A DNA stretch of 64,000 bases. Origin: the human T2T-CHM13v2.0 reference genome, Homo sapiens. This document shows positions 23,836 through 36,353 of the stretch, one piece after another. Location: the NCBI RefSeq assembly GCF_009914755.1, contig NC_060945.1; one strand, written 5' to 3'. The position numbers and the translations under genes are program-made. The first letter of the stretch is position 1. Each line of letters begins with the position of its first letter. The notes below the pieces were generated by a model. That model was not told the DNA's origin, did no database searches, and saw only the letters and a list, made by a program, of their open reading frames with translations.

Positions 23836-25117
23836 TTTGCAAAAGAAGCTCAAGTACATCTAATCTAATCCCTTACCAAGGCCTGAATTCTTCACTTCTG
23901 ACATCCCAGATTTGATCTCCCTACAGAATGCTGTACAGAACTGGCGAGTTGATTTCTGGACTTGGATACCTCATAGAAACTACATATGAATAAAGATCCA
24001 ATCCTAAAATCTGGGGTGGCTTCTCCCTCGACTGTCTCGAAAAATCGTACCTCTGTTCCCCTAGGATGCCGGAAGAGTTTTCTCAATGTGCATCTGCCCG
24101 TGTCCTAAGTGATCTGTGACCGAGCCCTGTCCGTCCTGTCTCAAATATGTACGTGCAAACACTTCTCTCCATTTCCACAACTACCCACGGCCCCTTGTGG
24201 AACCACTGGCTCTTTGAAAAAAATCCCAGAAGTGGTTTTGGCTTTTTGGCTAGGAGGCCTAAGCCTGCTGAGAACTTTCCTGCCCAGGATCCTGTGTGAC
24301 CAAAAGTGCCTCTGCTGGGAGCTGGGATCCTCGGGACCATGCTTGCTAGCGCTGGATGAGTCTCTGGAAGGACGCACGGGACTCCGCAAAGCTGACCTGT
24401 CCCACCGAGGTCAAATGGATACCTCTGCATTGGCCCGAGGCCTCCGAAGTACATCACCGTCACCAACCGTCACCGTCAGCATCCTTGTGAGCCTGCCCAA
24501 GGCCCCGCCTCCGGGGAGACTCTTGGGAGCCCGGCCTTCGTCGGCTAAAGTCCAAAGGGATGGTGACTTCCACCCACAAGGTCCCCACTGAACGGCGAAG
24601 ATGTGGAGCGTAGGTCAGAGAGGGGACCAGGAGGGGAGACGTCCCGACAGGCGACGAGTTCCCAAGGCTCTGGCCACCCCACCCACGCCCCACGCCCCAC
24701 GTCCCGGGCACCCGCGGGACACCGCCGCTTTATCCCCTCCTCTGTCCACAGCCGGCCCCACCCCACCACGCAACCCACGCACACACGCTGGAGGTTCCAA
24801 AACCACACGGTGTGACTAGAGCCTGACGGAGCGAGAGCCCATTTCACGAGGTGGGAGGGGTGGGGGTGGGGTGGGTTGGGGGTTGTGGGGTCTGTGGCGA
24901 GCCCGATTCTCCCTCTTGGGTGGCTACAGGCTAGAAATGAATATCGCTTCTTGGGCGGAGGGGCTTCCTTAGGCCATCACCGCTTGCGGGACTACCTCTC
25001 AAACCCTCCCTTGAGGCCACAAAATAGATTCCACCCCACCCATCGACGTTTCCCCCGGGTGCTGGATGTATCCTGTCAAGAGACCTGAGCCTGACACCGT
25101 CGAATTAAACACCTTGA

Positions 25118-25342
<225 letters not shown>

Positions 25343-25387
25343 TAGATTCGAGCCACACCTCATTCCGTGCCACAGAGAGACTTCTTT

Positions 25388-28300
25388 TTTTTTTTTTTTT
25401 TAAGCGCAACGCAACATGTCTGCCTTATTTGAGTGGCTTCCTATATCATTATAATTGTGTTATAGATGAAGAAACGGTATTAAACACTGTGCTAATGATA
25501 GTGAAAGTGAAGACAAAAGAAAGGCTATCTATTTTGTGGTTAGAATAAAGTTGCTCAGTATTTAGAGCTACCTAAATACGTCAGCATTTACACTCTTCCT
25601 AGTAAAAGCTGGCCAATCTGAATAATCCTCCTTTAAACAAACACAATTTTTGATAGGGTTAAGATTTTTTTAAGAATGCGACTCCTGCAAAATAGCTGAA
25701 CAGACGATACACATTTAAAAAAATAACAACACAAGGATCAACCAGACTTGGGAAAAAATCGAAAACCACACAAGTCTTATGAAGAACTGAGTTCTTAAAA
25801 TAGGACGGAGAACGTAGCTATCGGAAGAGAAGGCAGTATTGGCAAGTTGATTGTTACGTTGGTCAGCAGTAGCTGGCACTATCTTTTTGGCCATCTTTCG
25901 GGCAATGTAACTACTACAGCAAAATGAGATATGATCCATTAAACAACATATTCGCAAATCAAAAAGTGTTTCAGTAATATAATGCTTCAGATTTAGAAGC
26001 AAATCAAATGATAGAACTCCACTGCTGTAATAAGTCACCCCAAAGATCACCGTATCTGACAAAATAACTACCACAGGGTTATGACTTCAGAATCATACTT
26101 TCTCTTGATATTTACTTATGTATGTATTTATTTTTTTTAATTTATTTCTCTTGAGACGGCGTCTCGCTCTGTCGCCCAGGCTGGAGTGCGATGGTGTGAT
26201 CTCGGCTCACTGCAACCGCCACCTCCCTGGGTTCAAGCGATTCTCCTGCCTCAGCCTCCCGAGTAGCTGGGACTACAGGTGCCCGCCACCACGCCCAGCT
26301 AATCTTTATACTTTTAATAGAGACGGGGTTTCACCGTGTCGGCCCGGATGGTCTCGATCTCTTGACCTCGTGACCCGCCCGCCTCGGCCTCCCAAAGTGC
26401 TGGGATGACAGGCGTGAGCCACTGAGCCCGGCCTTCTCTTGACGTTTAAACTATGAAGTCAGTCCAGAGAAACGCAATAAATGTCAACGGTGAGGATGGT
26501 GTTGAGGCAGAAGTAGGACCACACTTTTTCCTATCTTATTCAGTTGATAACAATATGACCTAGGTAGTAATTTCCTATGTGCCTACTTATACACGAGTAC
26601 AAAAGAGTAAAACAGAGAGACTGCTAAATTAAAGGGTACGTGAAGTTCTTCATAGTAACTCCGTAAACTGGAACACTGTCAAAAAGCAGCAGCTAGTGAA
26701 TTGTTTCCATGTATTTTTCTATGATCCAATAAGTGAACTATGCTATTCCTTTCCAGTCTCCCAAGCACTTCTTGTCCCCATCACCACTTCGGTGCTCGAA
26801 GAAAAAGTAACAAATCAAGGAACACAACTAAAGAAACACACACACAAACCAAAGACAACTACAGCGTCTGCAAAAGTTTGCTAGAAGACTGAAACTGTTG
26901 AGTATAAGGATCTGGTATTCTACGATCATGAGTTCACTTCAGAGTTTGTTCAAGACATACGTTTCGTAAGGAAACATCTTAGTTAGAAGTTATTCAGCAG
27001 TAGGTACCATCCCTAAGTATTTTTCACCAAATTCGTGACAATAAAGAGCTATCTAACCAGAAAAATTAGCGAGTACCGGCACCATCCATAGGGCTTTGTC
27101 TTTACGCTTCATTAGCACTTACCATGCCTTACAATGTCTAGGATTGACCCTGATAGCATTTCGAAAACAAGCTAATGCTTTGTCCAGTTCTTCAGTGAAG
27201 ACAAGCTCACGCCCTAATGCGCTATAGGCATAAGCATCATTTGGATCCACTTCGAGAGTTCTCTGGAAGAATTGAATCGCAATATCGTGTTCCCGTTGCA
27301 GACCGAAACAGTTCCCTGCAGCACACCAGGCCTCTGGCTGGCGAATTTTTATCCATGTCTGTGAAGTCTTTGGACAGAACTGAAAGAGCAACCTCTTTCG
27401 GAGGATGCCAAAGTGTTGTAGAGTAGATCTCCATGCCTTCGACTCTGTAATTCTCAATCCTCCTAACCTCTGAGAATTGTCTTTCAGCTTGCGTGGACTC
27501 TGAAAGTTTACAATAGGCCCTTCCGATTTGGCACAGTACCCAACCGGTATTGCGGTGGTGAGAAGCTAGATGGCTCAAGATGCTGATAGCTTCTTTGCCG
27601 TGGTAAGAACACAAAGCTAAATAACCTTTCCCCCTTTCACGAAGAAGGCTCATCAAGCCTTCCGCTGCTGCTTTTTGTAGATTAAAAGCCTGAATCTGAG
27701 GCGCGATTGCGGCTATTTTCCCTTCTGAAATGACGGAAGAGTCCAATTTTGTCACTTCCAGGCTATCACTTATGTTCGGTGGAGTTATTGCTCCTTTATT
27801 AGTTTTACTTTTGGTTCTTCTGTTTGGGATTTTAGGTGGAAACTTCATTTTTAATTTTCTCCTATTCTCCTCGGTTGTGGAGCTGTCACTAGTCAAGAGT
27901 CGTGAATGTCTTCGAGGCGGTGCATTTGGGGGAGATGCCATAGTGGGGCTCAATACCTGAGGTGTTGCCCTTGTCGGCGGACCAGAACTTTGTGTTTTTG
28001 CAAGGACTGGAGTTACCTTTCGGCTCTTTCCCCTCTGCGAGAAGACAGACGGTGTTCCGGTTTGGCCGATTCTGGCAACAGGCTTTTTTGAAGGGGCTCC
28101 GGTGGATGGCACGTCAATGACAGACGGTGTCTCATACCAGTGCAGTTTTGTCAATAGGGTCCGTCTCCGGGACTTGGGGTTTCTAATGGCAAAATGCCAA
28201 CACTTGGGGTTAATGGACTAACAGCTGCTGGTCCTCCTAATAAACTTCGACCAGTTTTTGGTTTATGTTGAACCTGTTTAGATCATATGGAAGTTCCTGT

Positions 28301-29180
28301 TCCCAGTGGGACAGTATCAGGTGAAAGGACAGCTGAATCGATAGAAGACACTGGGGAGTCTGTATTCAAGGAGTACTTTGAATTGGAAGATTCTAAATTC
28401 CATCCGTTTCATTCGACGGTGTCCTGGGGTGTTTCCGTAAGAACGGTCTCGGGCTGTCTGTGACATAAACTAGGACGAGGTCCAAGTGTTGTGGCGCAAC
28501 ACTTGGACAGGCAGTTGCTAAAGCTCTCTAGAGAGGTGAATCAAAATGTTTGGTCAGGATCTGGCTTTTCCCCCCTATTTCACATCATGATTCAAAGGGA
28601 CACCAGAGGAAAGGATTTCAACGAAGGCTCTTTTGGTCACATTCTGATCCTTTGGTAAGCCGATCTGTCTTGCAATATACATGTCCCGACGATGGAAGGG
28701 GAAAGCGAGCTGAATCACCAAACTCAGGAACGATAATATCATCGTGGCTTTTCTGCTTATGAAACACTCCACCCGATAAGATTTGATCCCCTTCTGCAAG
28801 CTTGCTGAGATCAACACAACATTTCGCAAGCAGGCATTTGCATTGCGGGGTAGTACAACTGTGTCCTTTCAAGAGTCTATATGTTTTATAGGCCTTTCCT
28901 GAGCGGTAAGAACAGGTCGCCAGTAAGAACAAGGCTTCTTCTGAGTGTACTTCTGCATAAAGGCGTTCTGCGGGGGAAACCGCATCTCGGTAGGCATAGT
29001 GGTTTAGTGCTTGCCATATAGCAGCCTGGACGGGTCCCTGCAGCACCGCCATCCTCGAGGCTCAGGCCCACTTTCTGCAGTGCCACAGGCACCCCCCCCC
29101 CCCATAGCGGCTCCGGCCCGGCCAGCCCCGGCTCATTTAAAGGCACCAGCCGCCGTTACCGGGGGATGGGGGAGTCCGAG
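25388..29180 (-). pseudogene. CDC27P: CDC27 (APC3) processed pseudogene; coding homology 27121-29052, frameshifted; full extent inferred from poly(A) and TSD
   Basis: ORFs 28618-29052 (MAVLQGPVQAAIWQALNHYAYRDAV...), 27237-28154 (...QAFNLQKAAAEGLMSLLRE...) and 27119-27457 (...PEAWCAAGNCFGLQREHDIAI...VNPRH) match CDC27, intronless; 16-bp flanking direct repeats. Confidence 0.93.
26115..26433 (-). mobile_element. Full-length Alu (AluSc/Y-like) with 15-bp TSD, nested in the retrocopy 3' part
   Basis: Flanks TTCTCTTGATATTTA (26100) and TTCTCTTGACGTTTA (26434). Confidence 0.92.
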
Positions 29181-29705
29181 ACAGAATGACTTCTTTATCC
29201 TGCTGACTCTGGAAAGCCCGGCGCCTTGTGATCCATTGCAAACCGAGAGTCACCTCGTGTTTAGAACACGGATCCACTCCCAAGTTCAGTGGGGGGATGT
29301 GAGGGGTGTGGCAGGTAGGACGAAGGACTCTCTTCCTTCTGATTCGGTCTGCACAGTGGGGCCTAGGGCTGGAGCTCTCTCCGTGCGGACCGCTGACTCC
29401 CTCTACCTTGGGTTCCCTCGGCCCCACCCTGGAACGCCGGGCCTTGGCAGATTCTGGCCCTTCCTGGCCCTTCAGTCGCTGTCAGAAACCCCATCTCATG
29501 CTCGGATGCCCCGAGTGACTGTGGCTCGCACCTCTCCGGAAACATTGGAAATCTCTCCTCTACGCGCGGCCACCTGAAACCACAGGAGCTCGGGACACAC
29601 GTGCTTTCGGGAGAGAATGCTGAGAGTCTCTTGCCGACTCTCTCTTGACTTGAGTTCTTCGTGGGTGCGTGGTTAAGACGTAGTGAGACCAGATGTATTA
29701 ACTCA

Positions 29706-29860
29706 GGCCGGGTGCTGGTGGCTCACGCCTGTAACCCCAACACTTTGGGAGGCCGAGGCCGTAGGATCCCTCGAGGAATCGCCTAACCCTGGGGAGGTTG
29801 AGGTTGCAGTGAGTGAGCCATAGTTGTGTCACTGTGCTCCAGTCTGGGCGAAAGACAGAA
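29706..29860 (+). mobile_element. Monomer-length Alu (FLAM-like or internally deleted)
   Basis: GGCCGGGTGCTGGTGGCTCACGCCTGTAACCCCAACACTTTGGGAGGCCGAGG. Confidence 0.85.
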
Positions 29861-29969
29861 TGAGGCCCTGCCACAGGCAGGCAGGCAGGCAGGCAGGCAG
29901 AAAGACAACAGCTGTATTATGTTCTTCTCAGGGTAGGAAGCAAAAATAACAGAATACAGCACTTAATTA

Positions 29970-30852
<883 letters not shown>

Positions 30853-31398
30853 ACCCCCCCTTTCCCCTTCCCCCGCTTGTCTTCCCGACAGACAGTTTCA
30901 CGGCAGAGCGTTTGGCTGGCGTGCTTAAACTCATTCTAAATAGAAATTTGGGACGTCAGCTTCTGGCCTCACGGACTCTGAGCCGAGGAGTCCCCTGGTC
31001 TGTCTATCACAGGACCGTACACGTAAGGAGGAGAAAAATCGTAACGTTCAAAGTCAGTCATTTTGTGATACAGAAATACACGGATTCACCCAAAACACAG
31101 AAAGCAGTCTTTTAGAAATGGCCTTAGCCCTGGTGTCCGTGCCAGTGATTCTTTTCGGTTTGGACCTTGACTGAGAGGATTCCCAGTCGGTCTCTCGTCT
31201 CTGGACGGAAGTTCCAGATGATCCGATGGGTGGGGGACTTAGGCTGCGTCCCCCCAGGAGCCCTGGTCGATTAGTTGTGGGGATCGCCTTGGAGGGCGCG
31301 GTGACCCACTGTGCTGTGGGAGCCTCCATCCTTCCCCCCACCCCCTCCCCAGGGGATCCCAATTCATTCCGGGCTGACACGCTCACTGGCAGGCGTCG

Positions 31399-31419
31399 GG
31401 CATCACCTAGCGGTCACTG
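31399..31419 (-). promoter_or_regulatory. Putative CTCF site ~4.9 kb upstream of 45S TSS
   Basis: Minus strand TGACCGCTAGGTGATGC; paralog of 21295 site. Confidence 0.55.
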
Positions 31420-31656
31420 TTACTCTGAAAACGGAGGCCTCACAGAGGAAGGGAGCACCAGGCCGCCTGCGCACAGCCTGGGGCAACTGTGTCTTCTCCA
31501 CCGCCCCCGCCCCCACCTCCAAGTTCCTCCCTCCCTTGTTGCCTAGGAAATCGCCACTTTGACGACCGGGTCTGATTGACCTTTGATCAGGCAAAAACGA
31601 ACAAACAGATAAATAAATAAAATAACACAAAAGTAACTAACTAAATAAAATAAGTC

Positions 31657-31790
31657 AATACAACCCATTACAATACAATAAGATACGATACGATAGGATG
31701 CGATAGGATACGATAGGATACAATACAATACGATACGATACAATACAATACAATACAATACAATACAATACAATACAATACAATACAATA
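31657..31790. repeat. (CAATA)n/(CGATA)n/(GGATA) pentanucleotide microsatellite
   Basis: Direct reading. Confidence 0.93.
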
Positions 31791-32624
<834 letters not shown>

Positions 32625-32896
32625 TTAACTTCATTTTATGTTATTATCATGATTGATGTTTCGAGACGGAGTCTCGGAGGCCCGCCCTCCCTGGTTGCCC
32701 AGACAACCCCGGGAGACAGACCCTGGCTGGGCCCGATTGTTCTTCTCCTTGGTCAGGGGTTTCCTTGTCTTTCTTCGTGTCTTTAACCCGCGTGGACTCT
32801 TCCGCTCGGGTTTGACAGATGGCAGCTCCACTTTAGGCCTTGTTGTTGTTGGGGACTTTCCTGATTCTCCCCAGATGTAGTGAAAGCAGGTAGATT

Positions 32897-32926
32897 TGCC
32901 TTGCCTGGACTTGCCTGGCCTTGCCT
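32897..32926. promoter_or_regulatory. RGC (ribosomal gene cluster) p53-binding element
   Basis: TGCCTTGCCTGGACTTGCCTGGCCTTGCCT, the classic RGC p53 site sequence. Confidence 0.85.
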
Positions 32927-32959
32927 TTTCTTTCTTTCTTTCTTTATTACTTTCTCTTT

Positions 32960-33026
32960 TTCTTCTTCTTCTTCTTCTTCTTCTTCTTCTTCTTCTTCTT
33001 CTTCTTCTTCTTCTTCTTCTTCTTCT
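32960..33026. repeat. (TTC)~22 / (GAA) tract in Alu tail
   Basis: Direct reading. Confidence 0.95.
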
Positions 33027-33035
33027 TTTTTTTTT

Positions 33036-33317
33036 TGAGACAGAGTTTCACTCTTGTTGCCCAGGCTAGAGGGCAATGGTGCGATCTCGGCTCACCGCAC
33101 CCTCCGCCTCCCAGGTTCAAGCGATTCTCCTGCCTCAGCCTCCTGATTAGCTGGGATTACAGGCATGGGCCACCGTGCCTGGCTGATGTTTGTACTTTTA
33201 GTAGAGACGGTGTTTTTCCATGTTGGTCAGGCTGGTCTCCCACTCCCAACCTCAGGTGGTCCGCCTGCCTTAGCCTCCCAAAGTGCTGGGATGACAGGCG
33301 TGAGCCACCGCGCCCAG

Positions 33318-33319
<2 letters not shown>
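33036..33319 (-). mobile_element. Full-length AluS(p/q)-like
   Basis: GAGACAGAGTTTCACTCTTGTTGCCCAGGCT...GTGAGCCACCGCGCCCAGCC. Confidence 0.93.
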
Positions 33320-33366
<47 letters not shown>

Positions 33367-34013
33367 CGCTTGCTTGCTTGCTTTCGTGCTTTCTTGCTTT
33401 CCCGTTTTCTTGCTTTCTTTCTTTCTTTCGTTTCTTTCATGCTTGCTTTCTTGCTTGCTTGCTTGCTTTCGTGCTTTCTTGCTTTCCTGTTTTCTTTTTC
33501 TTTCTTTCTTTCTTTCTTTCTTTTGTTTCTTTCTTGCTTGCTTTCTTGCTTGCTTGCTTGCTTTCGTGCTTTCTTGCTTTCCTGTTTTCTTTCTTTCTTT
33601 CTTTCTTTTGTTTCTTTCTTGCTTGCTTTCTTGCTTGCTTGCTTTCGTGCTGTCTTGTTTTCTCGATTTCTTTCTTTCTTTTGTTTCTTTCCTGCTTGCT
33701 TTCTTGCTTGATTGCTTTCGTGCTTTCTTGCTTTCTTGTTTTCTTTCTTTCTTTTGTTTCTTTCTTTCTTGCTTCCTTGTTTTCTTGCTTTCTTGCTTGC
33801 TTGCTTTCGTGCTTTCTTGTTTTCTTGCTTTCTTTCTTTTGTTTCTTTCTTGCTTGCTTTCTTGCTTCCTTGTTTTCTTGCTTTCTTGCTTGCTTGCTTT
33901 CGTGCTTTCTTTCTTGCTTTCTTTTCTTTCTTTCTTTTCTTTTTCTTTCTTTCTTGCTTTCTTTTCTTTCATTCATTCATTCTTTCTTTCTTTCCTTTCT
34001 TTCTTTCTTTCTT

Positions 34014-34050
<37 letters not shown>
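33320..34050 (+). repeat. Compound (CT)/(CTTG)/(CTTT) repeat with recurring GCTTGCTTTCGTGCT unit
   Basis: Direct reading. Confidence 0.93.
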
Positions 34051-34052
<2 letters not shown>

Positions 34053-34063
34053 GTTTCGTCCTT

Positions 34064-34355
<292 letters not shown>

Positions 34356-35430
34356 TGTTGACTCATTTCGCTTTTTTATTTCTTTCGTTTCCACGCGTTT
34401 ACTTATATGTATTAATGTAAACGTTTCTGTACGCTTATATGCAAACAACGACAACGTGTATCTCTGCATTGAATACTCTTGCGTATGGTAAATACGTATC
34501 GGTTGTATGGAAATAGACTTCTGTATGATAGATGTAGGTGTTTGTGTTATACAAATAAATACACATCGCTCTATAAAGAAGGGATCGTCGATAAAGACGT
34601 TTATTTTACGTATGAAAAGCGTCGTATTTATGTGTGTAAATGAACGAGCGTACGTAGTTATCTCTGTTTTCTTTCTTCCTCTCCTTCGTGTTTTTCTTCC
34701 TTCCTTTCTTCCTTTCTCTCCTTCTTTAGGTTTTTCTTCCTCTCTTCCTTTCCTTCTTTCTCTCTTTCTGTCCTTTTTTCCTTCGTGCTTTATTTCTCTT
34801 TCGTTCCCTGTGTTTCCTTCTTTTTTCTTTCCTCTCTGTTTCTTTTTCCCTTCTTTCCTTCGTTTCTTTCCTCATTCTTTCTCTCTTTTTCGTGTTTCTT
34901 TCCTTCCCGTCTGTCTTTTAAAAAATGGAGTGTTTCAGAAGTTTACTTTGTGTATCTACGTTTTCTAAATTGTCTCTCTTTTCTCCATTTTCTTCCTCCC
35001 TCCCTCCCTCCCTCCCTCCCTGCTCCCTTCCCTCCCTCCTTCCCTTTCGCCATCTGTCTCTTTTCCCCACTCCCCTCCCCCCGTCTGTCTCTGCGTGGAT
35101 TCCGGAAGAGCCTACGCATTCTGCCTCTCCGTGTGTCTGCAGCGACCCGCGACCGAGTCCTTGTGTGTTCTTTCTCCCTCCCTCCCTCCCTCCCTCCCTC
35201 CCTCCCTGCTTCCGAGAGGCATCTCCAAACACCCACGCGCCGTGGGTTGTCTTCTGACTCTGTCGCGGTCGAGGCAGAGACGCGTTTTGGGCACCGTTTG
35301 TGTGGGGTTGGGGCAGAGGGGCTGCGTTTTCGGCCTCGGGAAGAGCTTCTCGACTCACGGTTTCGCTTTCGCGGTCCACGGGCCGCCCTGCCAGCCGGAT
35401 CTGTCTCGCTGACGTCCGCGGCGGTTGTCG

Positions 35431-35449
35431 GGCTCCATCTGGCGGCCGC
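35431..35449 (-). promoter_or_regulatory. CTCF site upstream of spacer promoter (~-900)
   Basis: Minus strand GCGGCCGCCAGATGGAGCC matches CTCF core; position agrees with the known CTCF boundary upstream of the rDNA spacer promoter. Confidence 0.7.
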
Positions 35450-35652
35450 TTTGAGATCGTGCTCTCGGCTTCCGGAGCTGCGGTGGCAGCTGCCGAGGGA
35501 GGGGACCGTCCCCGCTGTGAGCTAGGCAGAGCTCCGGAAAGCCCGCGGTCGTCAGCCCGGCTGGCCCGGTGGCGCCAGAGCTGTGGCGCGTCGCTTGTGA
35601 GTCACAGCTCTGGCGTGCAGGTTTATGTGGGGGAGAGGCTGTCGCTGCGCTT

Positions 35653-35675
35653 CTGGGCCCGCGGCGGGCGTGGGG
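35653..35675 (+). ncRNA. MIR6724: Annotated miR-6724-5p sequence (doubtful miRNA)
   Basis: CTGGGCCCGCGGCGGGCGTGGGG recalled from annotation. Confidence 0.5.
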
Positions 35676-35685
35676 CTGCCCGGGC

Positions 35686-35696
35686 CGGTCGACCAG
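35686..35696 (+). terminator. Spacer Sal box (TTF-I site downstream of spacer promoter, ~-650)
   Basis: CGGTCGACCAG. Confidence 0.7.
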
Positions 35697-36158
35697 CGCG
35701 CCGTAGCTCCCGAGGCCCGAGCCGCGACCCGCGGGGACCCGCCGCGCGTGGCGCGGGAGGCTGGGGACGCCCTTCCCGGCCCGGTCGCGGGTCCGCGCTC
35801 ATCCTGGCCGTCTGAGGCGGCGGCCGAATTCGTTTCCGAGTCCCCGTGGGGAGCCGGGGACCGTCCCGCCCCCGTCCCCCGGGTGCCGGGGAGCGGTCCC
35901 CGGGCCGGGCCGCGGTCCCTCTGCCGCGATCCTTTCTGGCGAGTCCCCGTGCGGAGTCGGAGAGCGCTCCCTGAGCGCGCGTGCGGCCCGAGAGGTCGCG
36001 CCTGGCCGGCCTTCGGTCCCTCGTGTGTCCCGGTCGTAGGAGGGGCCGGCCGAAAATGCTTCCGGCTCCCGCTCTGGAGACACGGGCCGGCCCCCTGCGT
36101 GTGGCACGGGCGGCCGGGAGGGCGTCCCCGGCCCGGCGCTGCTCCCGCGTGTGTCCTG

Positions 36159-36169
36159 GGGTTGACCAG
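36159..36169 (+). terminator. Promoter-proximal terminator T0 (variant Sal box)
   Basis: GGGTTGACCAG at about -176 to -166. Confidence 0.7.
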
Positions 36170-36178
36170 AGGGCCCCG

Positions 36179-36353
36179 GGCGCTCCGTGTGTGGCTGCGA
36201 TGGTGGCGTTTTTGGGGACAGGTGTCCGTGTCGCGCGTCGCCTGGGCCGGCGGCGTGGTCGGTGACGCGACCTCCCGGCCCCGGGGGAGGTATATCTTTC
36301 GCTCCGAGTCGGCATTTTGGGCCGCCGGGTTATTGCTGACACGCTGTCCTCTG
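36179..36353 (+). promoter_or_regulatory. 45S rRNA Pol I promoter (UCE ~-156..-107, core ~-45..+18); TSS 36335
   Basis: GGTATATCTTTCGCTCCGAGTCGGCATTTTGGGCCGCCGGGTTATT|GCTGACACGCTGTCCTCTGGCG. Confidence 0.95.

Noticed and set aside
25715-26074. 119-aa ORF in AT-rich region
   Set aside because: No recognisable homology; lies in the presumed intron-derived part of the retrocopy
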